A stretch of 64,000 nt of DNA. It comes from Actinomycetes bacterium (GTDB lineage: Bacteria; Actinomycetota; Acidimicrobiia; IMCC26256; VFJJ01). The stretch is taken from the NCBI GenBank assembly GCA_031362415.1, contig JANLSK010000312.1, positions 36,194 to 100,193 of the forward strand. The letters are read 5' to 3'. Under the pieces are notes generated by a model. The model was not told the origin of the DNA and did not search any database. It saw only the letters and a program-made list of their open reading frames with translations. The position numbers and the translations under genes are program-made. This document shows positions 1 through 9,719 of this stretch, in pieces; the first letter of the stretch is position 1; each line of letters begins with the position of its first letter.

Positions 1-152
1 GGGTCGACCCGGACCGACAGGAAGGGGCCACCGCTGTCACGGTGCTCGCAGCCCAGGAGCTCGAACACCAGCTTGGCCAGCTCACGCTCGCCGGGGCGAT
101 ACACCATCTCGATGTGGTTGAGCATCCGGTCGGCCGTCACCGAGATCGCCAT
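1..152 (-). CDS. Hypothetical protein, N-terminal part only (runs off the window start); possibly VOC/glyoxalase-like
   Basis: Manual translation MAISVTADRMLNHIEMVYRPGERELAKLVFELLGCEHRD...; GGGAG RBS upstream; high-GC codon usage. Not in the supplied ORF track because it is truncated. Confidence 0.6.
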   Translation of the reverse strand, partial: MAISVTADRMLNHIEMVYRPGERELAKLVFELLGCEHRDSGGPFLSVRVD

Positions 153-235
153 GGTCGCTCCCTGTCAGATCGGCTCGGGCAGGCCGGGCTCGGGGGCTCC
201 GGGCCGGGGCCCGTGCCCAGACTGGCACCTGCGGA

Positions 236-1792
236 TCATGCGCCGCCATCGGTCTGAGTACCCAGCTCCTCAAAACGCTGTCGTACCAAGGCTTTCTGGA
301 CCTTCTGGGTCGCCCCCGCCTTGGGCAGTTCGTCGACGAACATCACGTGCCGGGGCTTCTTGTACGACGCCAGACGGGCGGCGCAGTGGTCGACGACCAT
401 CTCGGCGCTCACCCGTCCCACCGCCGACGGGTCGAGGATCACCGCCGCCAGCGCCGCCTCGCCCCAGCGAGCGTCGGGAACGCCCACCACGGACGCCTCG
501 AGGACCCCGTCGATCTCGAGGATGGCCCGCTCCAGCTCGCTGGGGAAGATCGACTCCCCACCTGAACGGATGACCTCCTTGAGCCGTCCACAGATGTACA
601 AGAAGCCGTCCTCGTCGGCGGTCGCCAGGTCGCCGGTGTGATACCAGCCGTCGTGAAGGGCGCGGGCCGTCTCCTCGGGATTCTCGAAGTACCCCGACAG
701 GAGATAGTCGTTGCGGACCACGAGCTCACCGGCGTCTCCGGGCGCGGCCTCGTGGCCCGTCGCCGGATCGAGGAGGCGCACGTCGACCCCGATGGGCGCC
801 CGTCCGATCGACGACGGACGCCGGCGCGACTCCTCGGCCGGCAGGATCGTGCACGGCCCGGCTTCCGAGGAGCCGTAGTGGATGCGGATGCCGTCGACAC
901 CGAAGGTCGCGCAGGCCGCCTCCACGTCGTCGCGGCTCATGGCCGACGTGCCGCTGTCGAGGTGCACCAGCGACGAGAGGTCGTAGCGAGCGATTTCAGG
1001 GAACTGCACGACCGCCCGCAGCATCTCGGGTATTCCGTAGAACTGGGTGCAACGCTCGTGCTCGATGGCCCCGGCGATCTCGTCGGGCGCCGCTCGAGCC
1101 AGCAGGACGACCGTCGCCCGGTTGCGCCAAAAGCTCAGGCTCAGCGCCCAGCCCGACATGTGGAACCAGGGGAAGGCCACCAAGCCGATGTCGTCCTCAC
1201 CCGTCCCCCGAGCGCTCATCACCGGTTGGGCGGTCTGGAGCACGTAGTCGCGGTGCGAGTGCACGGCGCCCTTGGGAGCGCCCGTGGTCCCGCTCGTGAA
1301 GAAAATCACATGGGGATCGGTCTCGGCGACGGGATACCCGGGCTCGTCGCCCGACTCCCGGGCCAACAGCTCCTCGTGCTCGTCGGTGCCGAACACCGTG
1401 ACGAGCGCAAGATCGGCAACCGTGGCCCGAATCGTCGGCAGCATGTGCACGAACGAGTCGTCGATGACGAGGGCTCGGGGTCGACACGCCTGGAGTGCCG
1501 CAACGACCTCGTCGGACCGGAACCGGGCGTTCACCGGGACCACGACCGCACCCCGCTTGAGTGCCCCGAAGAACACCGCACCCCATTCGGTGTTGTTGAA
1601 CATCAGCACGGCGACCCGGTCGCCCCGCTCGACGCCGTGGCGCGCCAACAGGTGGGCGAAACGGTTGGCCCGCACGTTCAACTCGCCGAAGGTGACCACC
1701 TCGCGTCGCGTTCCGTCGCGGAAGATGGTGGCCGGGCGATCGGGAACCACCGCCGCGGCCCGTCGAAGGATCTCACCGAGCACCAAGGCCAT
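236..1792 (-). CDS. Acyl-CoA synthetase / class I adenylate-forming enzyme
   Basis: FFTSGTTGAPKG P-loop, YGSSE, WYHTGDLA, GRLKEVIRSGGE, YKKP motifs. Confidence 0.93.
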   Translation of the reverse strand: MALVLGEILRRAAAVVPDRPATIFRDGTRREVVTFGELNVRANRFAHLLARHGVERGDRVAVLMFNNTEWGAVFFGALKRGAVVVPVNARFRSDEVVAALQACRPRALVIDDSFVHMLPTIRATVADLALVTVFGTDEHEELLARESGDEPGYPVAETDPHVIFFTSGTTGAPKGAVHSHRDYVLQTAQPVMSARGTGEDDIGLVAFPWFHMSGWALSLSFWRNRATVVLLARAAPDEIAGAIEHERCTQFYGIPEMLRAVVQFPEIARYDLSSLVHLDSGTSAMSRDDVEAACATFGVDGIRIHYGSSEAGPCTILPAEESRRRPSSIGRAPIGVDVRLLDPATGHEAAPGDAGELVVRNDYLLSGYFENPEETARALHDGWYHTGDLATADEDGFLYICGRLKEVIRSGGESIFPSELERAILEIDGVLEASVVGVPDARWGEAALAAVILDPSAVGRVSAEMVVDHCAARLASYKKPRHVMFVDELPKAGATQKVQKALVRQRFEELGTQTDGGA

Positions 1793-1900
1793 GGCGGTGA
1801 GTCTGCGGGGGCCGACGGCTGCTTGTCGACCCGTCGACGCTCACGCGCCCCGGCGGTCCTCTCGACGGCGGCACTGCTCGACTGCCGCACTGCTCGAGGC

Positions 1901-3715
1901 TCAACCAGCGCCTGGTTGCGGGGGGATCGGCGGCACGGGTGGCACCGGCGGTGCCATCGTGGTGGTGGTCGTGGGTGCCATCGTCGTGGTGGTCGTGGGT
2001 GCCATCGTCGTCGTGGTCGTGGGAGCCATCGTCGTCGTGGTCGTGGGAGCCACCGTGGTCGTCGTGGTGGGCGCCACCGTGGTCGTCGTGGTGTGCCGAG
2101 GGCGTCGGGTGGTCGTGGTGGGAGCCACCGTGGTCGTCGTGGTGGGCGCCACCGTGGTCGTGGTGGTGGTCGTGGCCGATGTGATCGTGGTCGATGGCGC
2201 CCGGGTCGTCGGTGGGCTGACCGTGCTCGACGTGACCGTTGCCGGAGTGGTGACGACCGTCGTCGTGCCCGGGGTCGATCGGGTACCGGTGGTCGTGCCG
2301 GTCGTGGTTCCGGGCCCGGTGCCGCTGGTGGTGCCGGGGCCGCTCGGGGTGTCGTCGACAACCACGGCCGGCGCGAGAGCTTCGGTCGTGGTTACCGGAC
2401 GGACGAGCGGTCGGGTGCTCGAGTCGGGGATCGTGGTGGTCGGGGCCGGGCCCACGGCACTGTCCGACTCCGACAGCGCTGCGTGGGATGAAGTCGTCAC
2501 CCGGTCGGTCGATGCCACCGCACCGGCTTCGTCGGGACCGTTCCCATCGGGCTCCACCGTGTTCACCACGGCCGGCGCCGAGGAGCTGCCGACGACCTCG
2601 ATGTCGACGACCGAGGCGTCACCGCTCGAGTCGGGGCCCGCAGTGCTCGTCCGAGCCGCCAAGATCCCACCCAGGGTGGCGCTCGATCCGACCGCCGCCA
2701 ACATGACCGCCGCGGCCCAGCGACGACGGGGCCGGCGCATGGAGGCGACCGGGAGAGCGGGAGAACCGGTTCGCGACGATCGGACGGCGAAGAGCCCCGG
2801 CGCTCGTCGTCGCCCGTCTGACGACAGGTCGATCACCGAGGCGCCGCCACCGTCGGCAAGCGCTGCGTCAACCGCTTCCGTCTCGACCATGGTGGACATG
2901 GACGAACCGGCACCGAGCGTGTCCGCACCGGCTGACCCGGAGACCCCGACCACCGCGCCCCCCGAACGGGATGCCCTGATGGCCTTGAGATAGGGCCGGA
3001 CAGCCGACACCGTGCCGAGCGCGATCGGAGCGACGCTGCGGGCCAGGGCCCGGGCCACGTGGCTCACGTCGTCCGAGGCCCGCTGACATGCCGAGCACTC
3101 GGTGACGTGAGCCTCAACCAGCTCGATCTGCTGACGCGACAACGCCTTGCGGGTGCGGGCCGGTAACAGGGCAGCGATCTCGCGGCAGTCGTCGGGGCAG
3201 TCGTGCTGATAGTCGCGGATGTACGCCTGGCGGAAGGCTTCCCGCGCCCGACCGACCAACGGTTCGACGGCACGTACGTTGAGCCCCACATGCGTCGCGA
3301 CATCGACGGCTGGGGCGCCCTCGACATCGACGTGCCAGAGCGCCGTCTGCCAGCGTTGCGACAACGTTCCGAACGCTCTGACGGCTCGCTCGGCCGACGG
3401 ATCGAGGGGGCGGGGCGCCGGGCGGCGGCGCGTTCGGTGCTCGTCAGCGAGGGTCCGGACGATGCCGAGAGCGAACGGACGGAAGGCCGAGGCGAGCTCG
3501 GTGTCGTGCCGGACACCGGCAGCGATCCGGCGCTCCAACTCGGGGAGACAACTCGGGGCGTCGACCCCTTCGGGGAGCACCTGACGGAGGTACAGGAGCA
3601 GGGCCGGCTGATGCCGGAGAATCAAGGCGTCCAACGCATCGGGGTCGCCGGAACGGGCTGCGGCAACGAGGGCCGGATCGGAGTTTGGATGCAGTTTGTC
3701 GGGCATCCCAGTCAT
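1901..3715 (-). CDS. ECF-type sigma-70 factor fused to a zinc-binding anti-sigma (HxxxCxxC) domain, a hydrophobic segment and a long Thr/Pro-rich tail
   Basis: Region 2-like 'LVAAARSGDPDALDALILRH', region 4-like 'AFGTLSQRWQTALWHVDVEG..VATHVGLN..RAREAFRQAY', ZAS motif HVTECSAC, TM-like 'WAAAVMLAAVGSSATLGGILAA'. Start placed at ATG 3715, 7 nt after a TACAAT box. Confidence 0.8.
   Translation of the reverse strand: MTGMPDKLHPNSDPALVAAARSGDPDALDALILRHQPALLLYLRQVLPEGVDAPSCLPELERRIAAGVRHDTELASAFRPFALGIVRTLADEHRTRRRPAPRPLDPSAERAVRAFGTLSQRWQTALWHVDVEGAPAVDVATHVGLNVRAVEPLVGRAREAFRQAYIRDYQHDCPDDCREIAALLPARTRKALSRQQIELVEAHVTECSACQRASDDVSHVARALARSVAPIALGTVSAVRPYLKAIRASRSGGAVVGVSGSAGADTLGAGSSMSTMVETEAVDAALADGGGASVIDLSSDGRRRAPGLFAVRSSRTGSPALPVASMRRPRRRWAAAVMLAAVGSSATLGGILAARTSTAGPDSSGDASVVDIEVVGSSSAPAVVNTVEPDGNGPDEAGAVASTDRVTTSSHAALSESDSAVGPAPTTTIPDSSTRPLVRPVTTTEALAPAVVVDDTPSGPGTTSGTGPGTTTGTTTGTRSTPGTTTVVTTPATVTSSTVSPPTTRAPSTTITSATTTTTTTVAPTTTTTVAPTTTTRRPRHTTTTTVAPTTTTTVAPTTTTTMAPTTTTTMAPTTTTTMAPTTTTTMAPPVPPVPPIPPQPGAG
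1950..2175. repeat. Imperfect 24-bp coding tandem repeat ([M/V]APTTTTT units) in the sigma-factor tail
   Basis: Units such as ggtgccatcgtcgtggtggtcgtg, about 8 copies, with synonymous variation between copies. Confidence 0.9.
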
Positions 3716-3722
3716 GGTCGGG

Positions 3723-3728
3723 ATTGTA
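3723..3728 (-). promoter_or_regulatory. -10 element (TACAAT) of a probable leaderless promoter for the ECF sigma gene
   Basis: TACAAT 7 nt upstream of the ATG with no Shine-Dalgarno, the usual actinobacterial leaderless geometry. Confidence 0.55.
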
Positions 3729-3888
3729 GTACTCCGACCCGTCGAGCGCACTGCGTGAACAGTCTCCTGCTTTCGCTCACACTCCGCATCGGTGGCAGAC
3801 GTCCCCGATGGAACAGGTGCGGCGGGGCCTGCGGGTGCTGCGCCGGACGCCGGACGCCGGACGCCTGCGGGGGCTGCCGGCTCAGGGC

Positions 3889-5343
3889 TCAGGCCTCGAC
3901 GGCCGTCCCGGCGAAGAACTCGGGGGCCACGGCCGTGAGCATGTTCCGGGGGTTGTCGTGCACGAAGGCCCGGAACTGCTCCTCGGTGAGCACTCCGTCC
4001 TCGACGAGCTCCCAGGCCTCGGCCAGGGTCGAGGCCATGTCGGTGACGTCCCAGTGGCCGATGTCGGACGAGAAGATCGGGCGCAGCGTCTTCGGCAGCG
4101 CGGGCGAGAACGCGAACGCCAACGTACGGTCGTCGGCCTCGCAGCCGAAGTAGAAGTGATCGGCGAACAACGACACGAGCTCGTCCTCGTCGGCAGCATC
4201 CACGAAGCGCCAGTCGTCGAGATGCGCCGGCGGCGCGCCCATCGCCGGGAGCAGCCGGGCGTCGGCTTCGAGGCCCGCCCGGTCGCGACCCTCGGGCACG
4301 AGGCCCCGGCCGTGCTTCTCGAGCAGATCGACGAGCAGATCCCAGTCGATCGCCTCGGGGGAGAGCTCGTGGATGGCCGTCCCGTTGCGCTTCTCCCAGT
4401 GCTCGACCATGTCGGTCATCAACGTCGTGGCCCAGTTCACACCGCACTCGAGGACACCGATGGGCAGCCGCGGGAAGCGCCGCGTGACCCCGCCCATGAA
4501 CAACGACTTGGCCTGGTGGTACATCTTCTCAGCGATCGCCCCGATGTGGTTGTACGAGTAGCTCGTGGTCGACGTGAAGTTGTTGGGCGCGATCTGGCCG
4601 ATGCCACCGTGGGCTGTGACCGCGAAGCCGAGGCGCTCGAAGGTGGCCCACACCGGGTCGTAGTCGTGGGCGCTGTCGAGACCGAACGTGTCGAACCAAT
4701 GGGTCTGGCCGGGCATGAGGAACGGCGACGCGTGCCCGTCGAGCGGCTCGGGGATGCGCCGATACACCCCCTCGGGGATCACCGCCACCTTGAGCCCCAT
4801 GGCCTTGGCGTGCTCGAGCTCGGCGATGGCCTCGGCCGGGGTGTGCATGGGGATGATCGCAGCCACCGTGAGGTGGTGGGCGAAGGGCCGGTAGGTCTCG
4901 GCGTAGAAGGTGTTCCAGCCGCGACACAGCGCCTCTCGGAGCTCGTCGTCGTCAGGCGCTGCGGAACCCAGCGACTTGCTGCCGTAGAGCACGGCGAAAT
5001 CGATACCGAGCTCGCCCATGCGCTCGACGAGCAGGCGGGGCAGGACGGCCGTCGCCAGGTCGAGCGTGTTCCTGGCCGGCGTGGCCCACCAGGCCGACTG
5101 CGGAAACCCATGGCGCACACGGGCTTCCGGCGATCCGGAACCCAGGATGCGGGCCATCTCGGTGCCCCGCTCGCGGTACCGGTCGAACAGCGGCTGGCCC
5201 ATCGCCTCACGAAGGAACGGCTCGACGGCGGGCAGATACTCCTGCACGTGACCGTCGCAGTCGATGACCGGGTGCGTCAGCTGCTCGCGTACGGACTGCG
5301 AGCGCGAATGCTCACCGGGTAGCCGAGTCGGCCGCTGCGTCAT
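3889..5343 (-). CDS. Amidohydrolase family protein (Amidohydro_2-like)
   Basis: VIDCDGHVQE metal motif, 'TRRFPRLPIGVLECG', 'FSSDIGHWD'; start at MTQRPTRL. Confidence 0.88.
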   Translation of the reverse strand: MTQRPTRLPGEHSRSQSVREQLTHPVIDCDGHVQEYLPAVEPFLREAMGQPLFDRYRERGTEMARILGSGSPEARVRHGFPQSAWWATPARNTLDLATAVLPRLLVERMGELGIDFAVLYGSKSLGSAAPDDDELREALCRGWNTFYAETYRPFAHHLTVAAIIPMHTPAEAIAELEHAKAMGLKVAVIPEGVYRRIPEPLDGHASPFLMPGQTHWFDTFGLDSAHDYDPVWATFERLGFAVTAHGGIGQIAPNNFTSTTSYSYNHIGAIAEKMYHQAKSLFMGGVTRRFPRLPIGVLECGVNWATTLMTDMVEHWEKRNGTAIHELSPEAIDWDLLVDLLEKHGRGLVPEGRDRAGLEADARLLPAMGAPPAHLDDWRFVDAADEDELVSLFADHFYFGCEADDRTLAFAFSPALPKTLRPIFSSDIGHWDVTDMASTLAEAWELVEDGVLTEEQFRAFVHDNPRNMLTAVAPEFFAGTAVEA

Positions 5344-5412
5344 GGGATCCCCATCTCGTCGATCTCGTCGTGCCGGTCGGGATGGTCGGCCGGTCGGGGC
5401 CGTCGGGACCAC

Positions 5413-6255
5413 TCAGCTCGCGACGTTGCCGGCGTTGGGCTTGATCATCGCGCCGGCGTCGACGATCAGCGTGTGCCCGGTGACCCACATGGCGTCACTC
5501 GAGAGCAGGTACACGACCGCCGGCGTGGTCGACTCCTCGGGCTTCACCAAGCCCGCGCCGAGCAGGTCCATCCCGTCGAACTGGCTGAACATGTCGGCCC
5601 GGGTGAGCCCGTTGGCTTCGGCGAACGAGTCGACCATCGGCGAGTCGACCGCACCGGGACAGATCATGTTCACCCGGATCCCGTAGGGGCCGAGCTCGTT
5701 GGCGAGACCCTTGCCCAGGCCGATCACCCCGTGCTTGGCCGCACCGTAGGAGGTGAGCCAGGGGAAGGTCATGAGCCCCGCGGTGCTCGAGGTGAGCACG
5801 AGCGCCCCGCCCCGTCCGGCCTTGATGATCTCGGGAACCACGTACTTGACGGTGAGGAACGTGCCCGTGAGGTTGACGGCGATGATGTCGTTCCAGTGCT
5901 CCTCGTCGGTGTTCCAGACCTCGCGGGTGAGCGGCATGGCTCCCTGCTGGGCCACGAGGTAGTTGATGGCACCGAAGGCGTCGATCGTCTCGCTCACGCC
6001 TGCTCGCACCTGGGCCGAGTCGCGCACGTCGACCACCACCGCCAAGGCCTCGCCGCCGACATCTTTCACCAGGCGCACCGTCTCGTCGAGGTCGTCGCGC
6101 GACGCCATGCGGAACGGCGGGCTCGTGGTGGCGTCGTTGGCGATGTCCCACAGGGCGACCCGACAGCCTTCCCGGGCCAGCGCCACGGCGTGGCTGCGCC
6201 CCTGACCCCGGGCCCCTCCCGTGATCACCGCGACCTTCCCGTCGAACTTCCCCAC
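5413..6255 (-). CDS. SDR oxidoreductase, mycofactocin-coupled type
   Basis: TGGARGQGRSHAVALAREG, an insertion after 'WDIA' ending in 'DDLDETVRLV', YGAAKHG, IRVNMICPGAVDSPM. Confidence 0.85.
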   Translation of the reverse strand: MGKFDGKVAVITGGARGQGRSHAVALAREGCRVALWDIANDATTSPPFRMASRDDLDETVRLVKDVGGEALAVVVDVRDSAQVRAGVSETIDAFGAINYLVAQQGAMPLTREVWNTDEEHWNDIIAVNLTGTFLTVKYVVPEIIKAGRGGALVLTSSTAGLMTFPWLTSYGAAKHGVIGLGKGLANELGPYGIRVNMICPGAVDSPMVDSFAEANGLTRADMFSQFDGMDLLGAGLVKPEESTTPAVVYLLSSDAMWVTGHTLIVDAGAMIKPNAGNVAS

Positions 6256-6372
6256 GACCAGCCCTCCTCGCCCGTCTCCGAGCCGTTGGCGTCACTCGAC
6301 CAGCGATCCGTTCTACCACCCACTGGCGACGGGAGGTAGCCGGCGGCCCATGACCCGTGGTAGGCACCGGGC

Positions 6373-7170
6373 ATGGCTCGACTGCTGGAGAACAAGGTCG
6401 CGATCGTCACCGGAGCGGGCTCGGGCATCGGGCGGGCCACGGCGCTGCGGACGGCCGAGGAGGGGGCAGCCGTCGTGGTCGCCGACCTGAACCCGGCCGG
6501 GGCCGAGGAGACCGTTGCGCTCGTCGAAGCCGCGGGGGGCCGGGCCGTCGCCGTGCGGGTCGACGTGTCGGTCGAGGCCGACGTGGCCCGGATGGTGCAG
6601 GAGGCCGTCGACACCTACGGCGCTCTGCATCTCCTGCACAACAACGCGGCGAACGTGGCCATCGTGCCGCGCGACGTCGACGTGGTGAACCTCGACGTCG
6701 AGGTGTGGGACCAGTCGATGGCCGTGAACCTGCGGGGTCCCTTCCTGGGTTGCAAGCACGCCATCCCCCACATGCTCGCTGCCGGCGGCGGGGCGATCGT
6801 CAACACGTCGTCGACCGTCGGCCAGATCGGCGACCTGTCGCGGGTGGCCTACGGCGTGTCGAAGGCCGGCGTCGACTCGCTCACCCGCCACGTGGCGACC
6901 ATCCACGGCAAGCAGGGGATCCGCTGCAACGCCATCGCTCCGGGGCCGATCTTCACCCCGGCGCTCGAGGCCAACATCCCCCGGGAGCAACTCGACGTCT
7001 TCGTGGGCAACCTGGTCACCCCGTACGCGGGGCAACCCCGCGACATCGCCGACATGGTCGTGTATCTGTTCAGCGATCAGGCCCGGTTCATCACCGGGCA
7101 GGTCATCAACGTCGACGGCGGCATGTGCATGCACACGCCCACCTTCGGCGAGTTCACCAAGGGAGCGTGA
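6373..7170 (+). CDS. SDR family oxidoreductase
   Basis: TGAGSGIG, NNAA, YGVSK, VDGG. Confidence 0.93.
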   Translation: MARLLENKVAIVTGAGSGIGRATALRTAEEGAAVVVADLNPAGAEETVALVEAAGGRAVAVRVDVSVEADVARMVQEAVDTYGALHLLHNNAANVAIVPRDVDVVNLDVEVWDQSMAVNLRGPFLGCKHAIPHMLAAGGGAIVNTSSTVGQIGDLSRVAYGVSKAGVDSLTRHVATIHGKQGIRCNAIAPGPIFTPALEANIPREQLDVFVGNLVTPYAGQPRDIADMVVYLFSDQARFITGQVINVDGGMCMHTPTFGEFTKGA

Positions 7171-7173
7171 GCC

Positions 7174-7995
7174 ATGGGACGGGTTTCGGGGAAGGTCGCC
7201 ATCGTCACGGGCGGCGGGTCGGGGATCGGACGGGCGACGTGCGAGCTGCTCGCCCGTGAGGGCGCGGCCGTCGCCGTGGCCGACATCAACGAGGCCGCAG
7301 CAAAGGAGGTGGCCGACGGGATCGAAGCTGCCGGCGGTCGCGCGCTGGCGGTCGTCACCGACGTGGGCTCCGAGGAGTCGGTTGCCGCCATGGTGGCGTC
7401 GACGGTGGAAGCGTTCGGAGCGTTGCACATCCTGTTCAACAACGCGGCCGACACGTCGATCCACATGATGGTGAACGACGGACCGGTCCACACGATGGAC
7501 GTCGACATCTGGGACCACGCCATGCGCATCGACCTGCGCGGCGTCATGCTCGGCTGCAAGCACGCCATACCGCACATGATCGCGGCGGGCGGTGGGTCGA
7601 TCGTCAACACGTCCTCGAACCAGGCGCTGGCCGGCGACATGAGCCAGACGGCGTACGCCGCGGCCAAGGCCGGTATCAACACGCTGTCGATGTCGGTGGC
7701 CACCGCGTACGGTCGCGACGGCATCCGCTGCAACGTCGTCTCACCCGGGCTGATCTGGACGCCGGCGTCGCAGCGGGCCTGCCCGCAGGAGATCGTCGAC
7801 GAGATCGTCAAGCACAGCTTGGTCCCCCGGGTCGGCCATCCCGACGACCTGGCGTACACGGTGCTGTTCCTGGCGTCCGACGAGTCGTCGTACATCACGG
7901 GCCACGTGATCAAGGTCGACGGCGGCCAACTCGCGCACCTCCCCCACTACGCGTTCATGAACGAGTCCGGGATGACGACGACCCATCAGGAGTGA
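7174..7995 (+). CDS. SDR family oxidoreductase (paralogue of the upstream gene)
   Basis: TGGGSGIG, NNAA, YAAAK; shares GCKHAIPHM.AAGGG.IVNTSS with the previous SDR. Confidence 0.93.
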   Translation: MGRVSGKVAIVTGGGSGIGRATCELLAREGAAVAVADINEAAAKEVADGIEAAGGRALAVVTDVGSEESVAAMVASTVEAFGALHILFNNAADTSIHMMVNDGPVHTMDVDIWDHAMRIDLRGVMLGCKHAIPHMIAAGGGSIVNTSSNQALAGDMSQTAYAAAKAGINTLSMSVATAYGRDGIRCNVVSPGLIWTPASQRACPQEIVDEIVKHSLVPRVGHPDDLAYTVLFLASDESSYITGHVIKVDGGQLAHLPHYAFMNESGMTTTHQE

Positions 7996-9686
7996 GCGTG
8001 ACATCGAGCGCCATCGGGGCCAGCTCCGGCCGGGAAGCCGTTCTCCGGGGTGCGGCCGTGGTCGACGGGACGGGCGGCGCGGCGCGGCGGGTTGACGTGC
8101 ACGTCGGCGGCGACGGTCGTATCGCAGCAATCGGACCCGACCTGGCGGTCGGCGGAGCCAAGACCGTCGACCTCGACGGGCTCGTCCTGGCGCCGGGTTT
8201 CATCGACCCGCACACGCACTACGACGCCCAGGTGCTCTGGGACCCCGACCTCTCACCGTCGTCGTGGCACGGGGTCACCACGGTCGTGATGGGCAACTGC
8301 GGCTTCGGGGTGGCGCCGTGCCGGCCCTCGGGGCGCGACACCATCATGCGCACGCTCGAGAACGTCGAGGGGATGCCCCTGGCTGCTCTCGAAGCCGGGA
8401 TCAGGTGGGACTTCGAGAGCTTCCCCGAGTATCTCGATGCCGTCGACCGTCGCCCCAAGCGCATCAACTGCGCGGTGATCGCCGGCCACACGCCGTTGCG
8501 CTTCTTCGTGATGGGCGACGAGGCCACCGAGCGCGAGGCGACCCCGGCCGAGCTGGACGAGATGCGGGCTTTACTGTCCGACTCTGTCGCGGCTGGGGCC
8601 GTGGGTTTCTCCACGACCCGATCGGCCGGGCACTACGGGGCCTGGGGCCGCCCCGTGCCATCGCGGGCGGCGTCGCTCGGAGAGCTGTGGACCCTGTGCG
8701 GTGTGTTGGGCGAGCATGGCTGGGGCACCGTCGAGGCGGCCTGGGGGCCCGACTTTCACGTCGAGGAAGCGCCGCGACTGGCTGCCGACATCGGCCGGCC
8801 CGTGTCATGGGCCGCGATCATGACGCAAAGCTCGAAGCCGTCGTACGCACCCGACATCGCAGCCCGGGTAGCCGAGCTCGGCGGCGAGGTCTACCCGCAG
8901 ATCAGCTGCCGCCCGATCGTCGTGCAGATCGCGCTGAGCGACCCCTTCCCGTTCGCCAACGTTCCGGCCTTTTCCGAGATCCTGGGGCTCGCGCACGATG
9001 AGCGGGCACCACGGTATGCATCCGAATCCTGGAGGGTTCCCGCTCGGTCAGCCGTTCGCGAGCTGTGGGGCGCCATGCTCGAGACAGCCGTGGTGGCCGA
9101 GTCGGAGCTGCACCTCGAGCTCGTCGACGGGCCGACGCTGGGGACCATGGCCATAGCCCAGGGCATCGATCCGCTCGACGTGATGGTCGACCTGGCGTTG
9201 GCCGAGGGCCTGGCCACGCGCTTTCGGGTCACGATGATCAACGACAGCGAAGACCAGATCGCTGCGCTGTTGCGCCAACCTCGCCTGCTGCTCGGGCTCT
9301 CCGATGCCGGCGCCCACACCAGCCAACTGTGCGACGCCAACTACTCCACGTGGCTCCTGCAGCGCTACGTGCGCGAGCGGGCCGACATCTCCCTCGAGCT
9401 CGCCGTGTGGAGGCTCACCGGCCACATCGCATCGGTCTACGGACTCACGGGTCGAGGGATGATCGCCCCGGGGAACGTTGCCGACCTGGTGGCGTTCGAT
9501 CCCGCGACGGTGGGAACGGGCCCGCTCCAACGGATCCACGATTTTCCCGGGGGCGCCGATCGTCTCGTCGCTCCCAGCACTGGGATCGAGCGCGTGTGGG
9601 TGGGAGGAGTACCCACCCGTCGCGATGGGCGCGAGCTGGCCCTCGAAGGCCAGTATCCCGGTGTGCTGATACGCGGCGGCCGTTGA
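7992..9686 (+). CDS. N-acyl-D-amino-acid deacylase family amidohydrolase
   Basis: APGFIDPHTHYDAQ, GVTTVVMGNCG, SDAGAH, ADLVAFDP. Confidence 0.92.
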   Translation: MSVTSSAIGASSGREAVLRGAAVVDGTGGAARRVDVHVGGDGRIAAIGPDLAVGGAKTVDLDGLVLAPGFIDPHTHYDAQVLWDPDLSPSSWHGVTTVVMGNCGFGVAPCRPSGRDTIMRTLENVEGMPLAALEAGIRWDFESFPEYLDAVDRRPKRINCAVIAGHTPLRFFVMGDEATEREATPAELDEMRALLSDSVAAGAVGFSTTRSAGHYGAWGRPVPSRAASLGELWTLCGVLGEHGWGTVEAAWGPDFHVEEAPRLAADIGRPVSWAAIMTQSSKPSYAPDIAARVAELGGEVYPQISCRPIVVQIALSDPFPFANVPAFSEILGLAHDERAPRYASESWRVPARSAVRELWGAMLETAVVAESELHLELVDGPTLGTMAIAQGIDPLDVMVDLALAEGLATRFRVTMINDSEDQIAALLRQPRLLLGLSDAGAHTSQLCDANYSTWLLQRYVRERADISLELAVWRLTGHIASVYGLTGRGMIAPGNVADLVAFDPATVGTGPLQRIHDFPGGADRLVAPSTGIERVWVGGVPTRRDGRELALEGQYPGVLIRGGR

Positions 9687-9719
9687 CCGCTGGCGACGAC
9701 ATTCCTCGGGAGCGGGGCG

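Noticed and set aside
1950-2175. Regular repeats as a possible CRISPR array
   Set aside because: Units are contiguous 24-mers with no unique spacers, lie in frame in a CDS, and there are no cas genes.
1901-4447. 848-aa ORF as a single protein
   Set aside because: The first ~240 aa are an alternative frame overlapping the amidohydrolase gene; the sigma domain starts at ATG 3715 behind a TACAAT box.
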